32,000 bases of DNA from Acaryochloris thomasi RCC1774 (GTDB lineage Bacteria > Cyanobacteriota > Cyanobacteriia > Thermosynechococcales > Thermosynechococcaceae), in NCBI RefSeq assembly GCF_003231495.1, contig NZ_PQWO01000009.1:150001-182000 (forward strand). Direction: 5' to 3'. A model generated the notes under the pieces. The model searched no databases. It was not told the origin of the DNA and saw nothing but the letters and a program-made list of their open reading frames with translations. Positions 1 to 8,076 of the stretch are shown here, in pieces. Both the position numbers and the translations under genes were made by a program. Position 1 is the first letter of the stretch, and each line of letters opens with the position of its first letter.

Positions 1-2468
1 CCTTGTTCACTGGGTGCCTTTTCAATATCCAGCAGCCGATAGTCTATGAACGGATAGTCAGCAAACTTCTCTTCTGCCTTGGCGGTGAATAAAAAGGAGA
101 CATCGGTGAAGGTATATTCAGTCCTGTAGCCGGGAAGCTGGGGCAAAACGTAGGCTGTTGTCCCGCCGGTACCTGCCCCAATTTCTAGAATTCGAATGGT
201 GCGATCTGTAGGGAGATCTTGGATGGCGGTTGCGATCGCATCGACAACCCACTGATTCGCCACCTGAGCCGCCGGAGAATCTTGATACAGCGCCTCAACA
301 TCGGCAACCGATCCGTCAGGGAACAATAGATTGAGCGGATCTTGGCCCTGCAAAACCGACGCTAATCCCTGTCCACATCGCCCCAACAAACTGATCTCAG
401 CCTGACAAGCCGGATAATGAGTTTGAAGACCTTGAAGACGCTGGGCTGGCGCTTCAAGGGTGGGCACCTTCTTGATCTGCCATTGGTTTGCCCCTTGAGC
501 AATGAGAATATCTTGCTCCGTCAAAACCTCAATCAGGCGATGCAGGAGCCGGTGATGCTGGGGCTGGATCTGCTGCCGTAGGGCAGCAAAAGGAAACGGC
601 TGTCCAGGCTGCAAGTTCAGATCCATATCCCAAAAAGCCCAGAGAATAAAATCTCGACTCAAGGTATTGAGCTGGGGCAATAGATCTCGATAGACATCTA
701 GCTTTTCTATACGAGTCTGCTGACGCACTTGATTAGCAATTTGGGACACAGAATCAAAGGTTAGAGTCGTATCCTGTAGTTCCGGCAAAGAGCAAGGACG
801 CCACTCCACTTGATAGAACCAGTCTGCAATCTGGGAGCAAGGGATACTCATCGGCTGCAGCCGAATGCCCTGAAGCGTCATTTTGACGGTGCCGTCAGCG
901 TCTAGAACCCGCACGTCCCCTGTCAGTTCGTCGGCCTGAGAGGTGAGAACTGCATGGCTATAAAGTGGGCCGTCAAGCGCCTCTAGAATGGTGAGTTCAC
1001 CGAGACCAATGGGTAAATAACTAACGGTGTCGGCTTCGGGTAGCGTTGCCCAAAGAACCTGTAGACAGGCATCTAACAGCGCGGGATGAGTACTGTAGTC
1101 GTCGGCATTGAGATGAGCGGGGAGCTTGATCGTTGCGATCGCTTCTCCTTCTGTTCGCCAAAGCTGCTCAATCCCCTGAAAGCTTGAATCTAGCTCAACC
1201 CCACGCGCTTTTAAGGTTTGGTAGAACGCCTTGTTTGCGATCGCATCACAGCGTCCTTGAATAGCGGCAATCGTGTTCCTTTTTAGATCTTGAACATCCT
1301 GAGCCGGGTCTTCTGAATCTGCCGCCATCTCTGGTAAGTGAACCGGAATGCTAACAGAGGCTTCAGTCAGTTCTTTACAGGCCGCGCGCAGCCGATTGAG
1401 ATGGGGAAGGGTTTGCAGAATTAAATCTGGATGCGGCCCAAAATCAAGGAGGCAGGCGATTTCGTTAACGCCGATATGATGAAGCTGCTCCACGAGGCTC
1501 TGACAGCTCTCAGAAGTGCCCAGCAAGGCTCTGCCCTCGCTATAGAATTTCTCGAAAATCCGATCCGTCATCTGATCAAGATCGGTCTCAGAAAGAGAGC
1601 CCAGATCGACAGACTGTCCTCGGCTGTAGCTCAACCCCTGCAGCAGCGGCAGATTGGCTTTCAGATAGCTGCAGTAGGGATGCCGCACTTCTTCCCGCAC
1701 TGTAGTCAAGTCATGGCCCATGTAGGTGTGCAGCGTCACCGTTACCTTGCCAGGGCAATGACCATATTCCACACTCGTTTGACGATACAGCGCAATATTC
1801 TGCGCTAGCGTCGCTAAATCTTGATCAAAGAGATGCGTGAGTAAATTTGCACCTAACTCCCCTGCTTTAGCAAAAGTTTTTGGGTTGCTAGCCGCCGTCA
1901 CCCATAGCGGGAGCTGCTTCTGTACCGGTGTCGGATAGACTCTAATCTCACGGAACTGACCATCACCACCCTGCACCGAAATAGAGTCGCCTCGCCAGAG
2001 CTTCTGGACAGTCTGAATCCCTTCTTCCATGACCTGCCACCGCTGATCGTAGCGCTCAGGGAAGAAGGCAAAATCTCCCGGATTCCAGCCCGAGGCAAAA
2101 GAAAGGCCCACGCGACCATCGGAGAGGTTATCCACCATCGCCCATTCCTCTGCCACTCGGATTGGGTCGTGCAAAGGCAGGACGACACTCCCGGCCTGCA
2201 GGCGAATATTCTGGGTTTCGCGGGCCAGCGCCGCCTGTAAGACCACAGGATTAGGATACAAACAGCCCAAGGGCGTGAAATGCCGTTCAGGAATCCAGAT
2301 GCTAGAGAAGCCATTTTGATCGGCAAACTTGGCGCTTTCGATGACGAGGCGATAGCGATCTTGCTCTAAGTTATCTTCACCACTGGCAAAGAACATCAGA
2401 CCAAACTGCATTCCCGTCTGAGCCATCTGAGCCGTTGCAAGGCTGGGAGTCTGTAGTGCACTCGTCAC
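1..2468 (-). CDS. Type I PKS subunit, truncated by the window edge. It carries a luciferase-like FMN monooxygenase (LLM) domain, the C-terminal half of a PKS dehydratase double-hotdog, and a SAM C-methyltransferase domain. The C-terminus lies beyond position 1.
   Basis: This ORF is absent from the ORF track because it has no stop inside the window. My own minus-strand translation from 2468/2426 down to position 1 is stop-free. It reads MAQTGMQFGLMFFASGEDNLEQDRYRLVIESAKFADQNGFSSIWIPERHF...AGSVVLPLHDPIRVAEEWAMVDNLSDGRVGLSFASGWNPGDF (LLM, MupA/Atu3671-like). It continues with AFYQTLKARGVELDSSFQGIEQLW and YSTHPALLDACLQ (DH motifs 3 and 4), then RILEIGAGTGGTT (MT motif I). The GTG at 2468 overlaps the upstream stop as GTGA and has AAGGA 7 nt upstream. 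ATG 2426 is the alternative start. Confidence 0.85.
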   Translation of the reverse strand, partial: MTSALQTPSLATAQMAQTGMQFGLMFFASGEDNLEQDRYRLVIESAKFADQNGFSSIWIPERHFTPLGCLYPNPVVLQAALARETQNIRLQAGSVVLPLHDPIRVAEEWAMVDNLSDGRVGLSFASGWNPGDFAFFPERYDQRWQVMEEGIQTVQKLWRGDSISVQGGDGQFREIRVYPTPVQKQLPLWVTAASNPKTFAKAGELGANLLTHLFDQDLATLAQNIALYRQTSVEYGHCPGKVTVTLHTYMGHDLTTVREEVRHPYCSYLKANLPLLQGLSYSRGQSVDLGSLSETDLDQMTDRIFEKFYSEGRALLGTSESCQSLVEQLHHIGVNEIACLLDFGPHPDLILQTLPHLNRLRAACKELTEASVSIPVHLPEMAADSEDPAQDVQDLKRNTIAAIQGRCDAIANKAFYQTLKARGVELDSSFQGIEQLWRTEGEAIATIKLPAHLNADDYSTHPALLDACLQVLWATLPEADTVSYLPIGLGELTILEALDGPLYSHAVLTSQADELTGDVRVLDADGTVKMTLQGIRLQPMSIPCSQIADWFYQVEWRPCSLPELQDTTLTFDSVSQIANQVRQQTRIEKLDVYRDLLPQLNTLSRDFILWAFWDMDLNLQPGQPFPFAALRQQIQPQHHRLLHRLIEVLTEQDILIAQGANQWQIKKVPTLEAPAQRLQGLQTHYPACQAEISLLGRCGQGLASVLQGQDPLNLLFPDGSVADVEALYQDSPAAQVANQWVVDAIATAIQDLPTDRTIRILEIGAGTGGTTAYVLPQLPGYRTEYTFTDVSFLFTAKAEEKFADYPFIDYRLLDIEKAPSEQ

Positions 2469-5400
2469 GCTGCGATCCTTTCCCGACTGGGCTGAAGGAC
2501 GATCGCAGAGGCGTGCAGCGTCCAAGGGGCTGTTGCAGATTGCCGACTATGAACCTGAAAACAGGCGGAGGGTTTGGATGCCGCCAACGACACCTGGACT
2601 GTTTTTGGCTGGCCGGGAGTCAGAAAAAGCGGGATATGTAGCTTGAGCTGCTGCATAGGATATTGCCCTTGTCCCCAAGCCGTTTGAGCTGCAGCCATCA
2701 CCATTTCTAAATAAGCTCCCATAAATAGAACCGGTGCTCCTCCCACACGATGCTCATTCAGGTAAGGCATTGTTTCTGGATCGAGTGCAACCTCCCAAAG
2801 CCAGTCCGTTGCTCGATGGGCAGGTGACGCTAACCGATGACCCAAAAGGGGATGATCGGCTTGTTCGTCAACCAGCCTCAGCGAAGGTTCTGTCGTCGGC
2901 AACCAATACCGCTGATGCTGAAATGGATAGGCCGGGAGAGCAATCCGCTGCCGAAGATAGTCCTGATCGAAGCCTTGCCAGTCCACTTCAAAGCCAAACT
3001 CGTACAGCCGCCCCAGACTTTTTAAGAGGCAGGTCCAGTCATCCTGTTTGGGTCGTAGGCTCGGTAGCCACTGGTGAGATGATTTGCCTAGGCACTGTTG
3101 ACCGAGGCTTAGCAAGGTTGGCTGAGGGCCAATCTCTAAGAAAAATTCACATCCCTGATCTGCCAGTGCTTTTATCCCTGCGGCAAACTGTACGGGCTGT
3201 CGAACGTGCTGCACCCAATAATCGGCAGTAGCAATCTCAGGGGGGGCCAGGTCTCCGGTCAGGTTACTGATTAGCTTGATCTGGGGCTGTTGAAAGCTGA
3301 CCGATTCAGCAATCTGTCGAAACTCATCTAAGATTGGCTCCATCAGCGGCGAATGGAATGCATGGGATACCGTTAGCACCTTGAGCGATATTCCTTGAGC
3401 CATTAGCTCAGCAGAAATCTTGCGGACCTCTGAACGCTGCCCAGATATCACAACGTTTTGGGGGCCATTGATGACGGCGATGCTGACGTTTTGATACGCC
3501 GCTACTAGCGGCTCTACTTGTTTAAGGGCAGCCCTAACTGCGACCATTTCACCCTCGGCGGGTAGAGCCTGCATGAGCCGACCTCGGGCTGCAATTAGCT
3601 TTAACCCGTCTTCAAGACTAAAGACACCGGCAATGCAGGCTGCAACATATTCACCAACGCTGTGCCCTAAGAGTGCGTCTGGCTCGATTCCCCAAGACTG
3701 CCATAGTTTTGCGAGGGCATATCCTAGGGCAAAGAGGGCAGGTTGAGTGTGAGCAGTTTCGTCAATGAGTGATGTCGTACTGATAGCTGGATAGAGAACA
3801 TCTAGCAATGAAGGCTCTAATTGCAGAATCTCTGCACAGTCATTGAGTGCCTGCCGGAAGGTGGGTTGAGTGTCGTAAAGCTGTCGCCCCATGCCCACAT
3901 ACTGAGATCCCTGCCCGGTAAACAGAAAGCCGATGGTTTTAGATTGTGTTTGAGGATGCTTTTTGTAACCCTGAGAAATTAAGGTTTGGAGCTGCTCTTT
4001 GAGGTGCTGGGTGGAGTGGGATGCGATCGCAACTCCAAACCCAAGCGAAAAACGTCCTGTATTAGATGAATAGCAAAGATCTGCAAGGTTCACGGTGGCC
4101 GCGACCTCCTGCACATACAGTTCACACAGTGCCTGCAGCGCTGCGGGAGTCTGAGCCGATAACGCCAATAAATGCTGCGGCCTCTCGTTCGGGACTGGAG
4201 CTTTAAAAGTTTGGATCGGGGCTTCCGCAATAATGGCGTGGGCATTGGTACCGCCGAAGCCAAAGGCACTGACGCCTGCTAAACGCCTTTGATCAGAAGC
4301 GGGCCAGGGTTGGGGTTGGGATGCGATCGCAAACCCTGAACCCTCCAGTTCAATATAGGGATTCAGTTTCTGACAGTTCAGATGTGCCGGAATAGAGCCA
4401 TGCTGTAGAGCCAACACAACCTTCATTAATCCGGCGATACCCGCAGCCGACTCTAAGTGACCGATATTTGTTTTCACCGACCCAAGCCAGCAGGTCTGTT
4501 CACGACCCTGCCCTAAAACCTTTTGCAAAGAGGCCACTTCAATCGGATCTCCTAATGGCGTCCCCGTGCCGTGGGTTTCGACATATTGAATCTTTGCCGG
4601 AGCCACACCCGCTTGATCTAACGCCTGAGCAATCACCCGTTGCTGTGCTAAACCATTGGGGGCTGTAATTCCATTACTGCGGCCATCTTGATTGATGGCC
4701 GATCCCATGATTATCGCCAGAATCGGATCGCCATCTCGTTGGGCATCTGCCAATCGCTTGAGAACAATCAGTCCACAGCCTTCTCCTCTGACATAGCCAT
4801 CGGCATCGGCATCAAAGGTTTTACAGCGACCATCGGCGGCCATCATTTGAGCCTCCGTGAAGGCTGTCGTTAGTTCTGAAGAGAGAATGGCATTGACGCC
4901 ACCTGCGATCGCAAGTTCGCAGTCCCCCACCCGCAAACTCTGACAGGCTTGATGAACTGCTACGAGCGCAGAAGAACAGGCAGTATCAACAGCAATACTC
5001 GGCCCCTGCAAATTGAACTGATAAGAGAGTCGATTCGCCGCCATACTCAAGGCATTACCCGTGCTGGCGTAGGTGTCCCAGTGTTGTTGAGATTGGGCTA
5101 GTTTGCGACCATAGTCACTGTTGCTGATGCCAACAAACACACCCGTCTGACTATCTTTGATATTTTGTGCCTGTCCCGATCGCTCAAAGGCAGACCATGC
5201 GACCTCAAGCAGTAATCGGTGCTGGGGATCAATCTTTTCGGCTTCCCGTGGAGTAATCCCGAACAGGTCAGCATCAAACTGATCGATGCCCTCGATAAAC
5301 CCGCCCGGATATTGGGACGTGGGGCTGATGGGTTGGATGCGATCGCAAGGCACTTCCCCAATTGCATCAGCGCCATCTTGCAGAAGCTGCCAAAACGCTT

Positions 5401-7564
5401 CTGGACTCTCTGCACCCGGAAATCGACAGTCCATCCCAATAATGGCAATACCGTCTGTCGTCGTTTGAGCTGTTGAAGGCGCAGTTGTCGTAGTCTCGTT
5501 CGCTAAATACTGAGCAAGCTGACGAATGGTGGGGTAGTCGTAGAGCAAGATGGGAGACAGGCGACGCTGGAGCCAGGTTTCCAATTTACCCGAAAGGCTA
5601 ATCGCCGTTGCAGAATTTAAGCCTAGGCTGACAAATTCCACCTGCGGATCAATCTCCGCAAAAGGAACGCTGACTTTCAGGGCAATTTGGTTCCTTAGCC
5701 AAGTTTCAATTGCCTCGCTCGTTACACGAGCAGCCTGAGCCTCCTGAATTTTGGAGTGAGGAGAGAGAAAACTGCTCTTCGCCTTCCCAGACTGCCCATT
5801 GGGTTGTAAATCAGTGGGTTGTAGATGATTGTCCGCAGTCCATTCGCTCAGTACAGTCAATGAGTTGTTCAACAAGCCTTGCTTACAAGCCTGCCGCTGA
5901 ATCTTTCCGCTTGATGTTTTAGGAATGCTCCCCGGCTTCAGCAGATAGAGACCGTGAATCTGTAGCTCGTGGTGTTGAGAAACGGCCTTTTGAACAGTTA
6001 TGATGATGTCTTCGATATTGAGCCTGCGGCGATGGCTACGCTCAACTTCTTGGACAATAACCAGCCGTTCTTCCCCTGCAACAAACTGAGAAACGGCAGC
6101 GCCACAGCCTGATTTCAAGGCTGGATGGCACTGAGCAACTGTGGCCTCAATATCTTGGGGATAGTGGTTCTGCCCTCGAAAAATCAATAAGTCTTTCCGG
6201 CGTCCGGTGATATAGAGTTCACCATCACTGAGAAAGCCCAGATCGCCCGTTCTCAAGAAAGGGCCATCGCCATCAAGATCGGCGCAGAAGGCCGCTTTCG
6301 TCAGCTCCGGCTGATTCCAGTAGCCCTTAGCCACGCTGGGACCAGACACCCAAATCTCTCCTACTTGTTCTGAGGAACAAGGCGTGAGCTGGTCAGGATC
6401 AACAATCTGGACGCTTTGATCCAGTGCTGAATATCCACAGCTCACAAGGGTTTGGGCATCCTCCTCAGTTGCATCAACTTCAAGCACTTGATTGAGTCTT
6501 AGGGCAGTGCCTTGAACAGTTTTGCAAACGAGTTGTTCTGATGCCCGCTTTCCCGTCGTCATCAGGGTTGTTTCAGCCATGCCGTAGCAGGGTAAAAAGG
6601 CTTCCCGTCGGAATCCGCATTCAGCAAAGGCTGTGGCAAAGTTTGAGAGCGTTCCCGCTCGAATGGGTTCGGCTCCTGTGAAGGCGACCCGCCAACTGCT
6701 CAGGTCTAACTCGGCTTTATCCTGGGGTGTCGCTCGCTCGACGCAGAGGTCGTAGGCAAAATTGGGAGCGCCGCTGGTGGTTACCTGATATCGAGAAATA
6801 GCCTGTAGCCACCGAAGGGGCTTCTGCAAGAACTGAGCTGGGTCCATTAGCGTAACGGAACCGCCGCAGTACAAAGGCTGAAGAATCCCCCCAATCAACC
6901 CCATATCATGGTAGGGCGGCAGCCAGGAAACCACGCTCATCTGAGACGTGTGATTGAACTGCCGAGCAATCCAGGCTAGATTGTGCAGCAAGTTCTTATG
7001 GGTGACCATCACCCCTTTGGGGGCTGCGGTTGAACCTGATGTGTACTGGAGAAAGGCAACATCGTCCCCAGCCATCGGCTCAATATGCACGGGTTCTTGT
7101 GGCTTCTGCGCATCATCAGTGACGATCCACTTTAGCTTTTGCAGCCAGGGTAAATCGGGCAACTGTTGCAGACGGTTTAAGGTGGCAGTGGTGGTGAGCG
7201 CCAGCGTGGGTTGAGCGTCGTCAACGATGGACTTTAAACGCTCTAGACTGCGGTTAGGTCGTGGTGGGTAGATAGGTGTTGCGATCGCACCTGCATACAA
7301 GCAACCAAAAAACGCTGCCACGTAAGACAGCCCTGCCGGAAACACCAGCAACACCCGCTCCCTCTTGGCCTCAAACTGCTGGAGCTGCTGGCAAATCCAT
7401 CGAGCCTGCTGGTCGAGACTCTCGTTAGAAAGCTGAACCGCATCTGCCTCACCATCGGTCAGAAAGGTATAGGTCTGATGCTGAGGCTTCGACTGCGCCC
7501 TCCAAATCAGTAGCTCCACAAGTGTCTGAATATCTTTTCTTTCTGACGATTCAGCTTCGAGCAT
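2465..7564 (-). CDS. Type I PKS loading and first extension module: fatty acyl-AMP ligase (FAAL) - ACP - KS - AT (malonyl-type) - N-terminal half of DH
   Basis: This is the 1719-aa track ORF. FAAL/adenylation motif: FLQYTSGSTAAPKGVMVTHKNLL. Carrier motif: LGLNSATAISL. KS motifs: DTACSSALVAVHQA, ETHGTGTPLGDPIE, KTNIGHLESAAG. AT motifs: GFLFTGQGSQYVGMG, GHSVGEYVAACIAG, SHAFHS. DH motif 1 (HPLLGHRLASP) is followed by only about 125 aa before the stop. The track start is a GTG at 7624. ATG 7564 (MLEAESSERKDIQTLVELL...) fits FAAL N-termini better. Confidence 0.95.
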   Translation of the reverse strand: MLEAESSERKDIQTLVELLIWRAQSKPQHQTYTFLTDGEADAVQLSNESLDQQARWICQQLQQFEAKRERVLLVFPAGLSYVAAFFGCLYAGAIATPIYPPRPNRSLERLKSIVDDAQPTLALTTTATLNRLQQLPDLPWLQKLKWIVTDDAQKPQEPVHIEPMAGDDVAFLQYTSGSTAAPKGVMVTHKNLLHNLAWIARQFNHTSQMSVVSWLPPYHDMGLIGGILQPLYCGGSVTLMDPAQFLQKPLRWLQAISRYQVTTSGAPNFAYDLCVERATPQDKAELDLSSWRVAFTGAEPIRAGTLSNFATAFAECGFRREAFLPCYGMAETTLMTTGKRASEQLVCKTVQGTALRLNQVLEVDATEEDAQTLVSCGYSALDQSVQIVDPDQLTPCSSEQVGEIWVSGPSVAKGYWNQPELTKAAFCADLDGDGPFLRTGDLGFLSDGELYITGRRKDLLIFRGQNHYPQDIEATVAQCHPALKSGCGAAVSQFVAGEERLVIVQEVERSHRRRLNIEDIIITVQKAVSQHHELQIHGLYLLKPGSIPKTSSGKIQRQACKQGLLNNSLTVLSEWTADNHLQPTDLQPNGQSGKAKSSFLSPHSKIQEAQAARVTSEAIETWLRNQIALKVSVPFAEIDPQVEFVSLGLNSATAISLSGKLETWLQRRLSPILLYDYPTIRQLAQYLANETTTTAPSTAQTTTDGIAIIGMDCRFPGAESPEAFWQLLQDGADAIGEVPCDRIQPISPTSQYPGGFIEGIDQFDADLFGITPREAEKIDPQHRLLLEVAWSAFERSGQAQNIKDSQTGVFVGISNSDYGRKLAQSQQHWDTYASTGNALSMAANRLSYQFNLQGPSIAVDTACSSALVAVHQACQSLRVGDCELAIAGGVNAILSSELTTAFTEAQMMAADGRCKTFDADADGYVRGEGCGLIVLKRLADAQRDGDPILAIIMGSAINQDGRSNGITAPNGLAQQRVIAQALDQAGVAPAKIQYVETHGTGTPLGDPIEVASLQKVLGQGREQTCWLGSVKTNIGHLESAAGIAGLMKVVLALQHGSIPAHLNCQKLNPYIELEGSGFAIASQPQPWPASDQRRLAGVSAFGFGGTNAHAIIAEAPIQTFKAPVPNERPQHLLALSAQTPAALQALCELYVQEVAATVNLADLCYSSNTGRFSLGFGVAIASHSTQHLKEQLQTLISQGYKKHPQTQSKTIGFLFTGQGSQYVGMGRQLYDTQPTFRQALNDCAEILQLEPSLLDVLYPAISTTSLIDETAHTQPALFALGYALAKLWQSWGIEPDALLGHSVGEYVAACIAGVFSLEDGLKLIAARGRLMQALPAEGEMVAVRAALKQVEPLVAAYQNVSIAVINGPQNVVISGQRSEVRKISAELMAQGISLKVLTVSHAFHSPLMEPILDEFRQIAESVSFQQPQIKLISNLTGDLAPPEIATADYWVQHVRQPVQFAAGIKALADQGCEFFLEIGPQPTLLSLGQQCLGKSSHQWLPSLRPKQDDWTCLLKSLGRLYEFGFEVDWQGFDQDYLRQRIALPAYPFQHQRYWLPTTEPSLRLVDEQADHPLLGHRLASPAHRATDWLWEVALDPETMPYLNEHRVGGAPVLFMGAYLEMVMAAAQTAWGQGQYPMQQLKLHIPLFLTPGQPKTVQVSLAASKPSACFQVHSRQSATAPWTLHASAIVLQPSRERIAA

Positions 7565-7729
7565 GTTCAAAATTGGCAAAAAATAGAGATTGGGCCAGCA
7601 AAAGCGGGTGACGTGGTTTACCACGCTTCAGAAATTCCGATTAGAAAAAGACAGAATATGCGATGAAAACTGAGAGCCACCCTCCTAGACTTCAATCTGG
7701 ACATGGGGCGACGCTCTATTTGATCTGTT

Positions 7730-7777
7730 TTGAGAATATATCTCATTTAAATTAATTGCAACTACTTCTCAATAAAT
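7730..7777. promoter_or_regulatory. Candidate Fur-type iron boxes in the divergent PKS / receptor promoter region
   Basis: TTGAGAAT at 7730-7737 is the reverse complement of ATTCTCAA. It sits inside the dyad TGAGA-ATATA-TCTCA (7731-7745). CTTCTCAATAAAT lies at 7765-7777. From memory, the Anabaena FurA consensus contains ATTCTCAATAAAT. The region is AT-rich and lies between divergent iron-type genes. Confidence 0.45.
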
Positions 7778-7942
7778 AAATTTGTTTTGAGACCAAGATA
7801 AAAAACTGTGCCTGTTATTATGAAGGAACTTCAGAGATTTTACGCGAGGTTTTGGGGCTGAAAAGCTCTAGAAACAGTATTTCCCAATTCTCTGCAGCCT
7901 ATAATCTAACTGCCACTTGACAAAATGATCCTTCGCTTGGCT

Positions 7943-7980
7943 GAATAGTAATGGTTGTGAGTAAATACTACTATTCTCAA
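7943..7980. promoter_or_regulatory. Inverted repeat plus a third ATTCTCAA core upstream of the TonB-dependent receptor
   Basis: GAATAGTA (7943-7950) and TACTATTC (7969-7976) form 8-bp inverted arms with an 18-nt spacer. An exact ATTCTCAA lies at 7973-7980, about 97 nt upstream of the receptor start codon. Confidence 0.35.
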
Positions 7981-8076
7981 CTAAAAGGCTTTTGAGTGCC
8001 TAGGGCTATTGAATCTATTGTGAATAAAGTGGGGATCGCGCCTGTATCAAAGTACAGAGCAAAGTGAGGAGTCATT

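Noticed and set aside
1431-2326. Track ORFs 1431..1808 (+) and 1898..2326 (-)
   Set aside because: Both lie inside the long stop-free minus-strand frame that encodes clear LLM/DH/MT motifs. Their own translations are low-complexity with no recognisable motifs.
2435-7455. About a dozen short ORFs (60-165 aa) on either strand within the FAAL-PKS gene
   Set aside because: They are antisense or alternative frames of a 1719-aa ORF that has an unbroken series of PKS motifs. Their Arg/Pro/Ser-rich translations are typical of out-of-frame reads of GC-balanced coding DNA.
7564-7624. A 20-codon N-terminal extension of the PKS from GTG 7624
   Set aside because: The extension (MVNHVTRFCWPNLYFLPILN) does not look like a FAAL N-terminus. 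ATG 7564 gives a typical spacing before TLVELL. The extension is kept only as an alternative.
7900-7990. Possible cobalamin riboswitch upstream of the TonB-dependent receptor (GCCACTTG resembles the B12 box GCCACTG)
   Set aside because: The other conserved riboswitch elements, such as the GGTG-AA-CC core upstream of the B12 box, are missing or in the wrong order. A single 7-mer near-match is not evidence.
8044-8055. NtcA-like GTA...TAC site just upstream of the receptor start
   Set aside because: The spacer is 6 nt, not the 8 nt required for GTA-N8-TAC.
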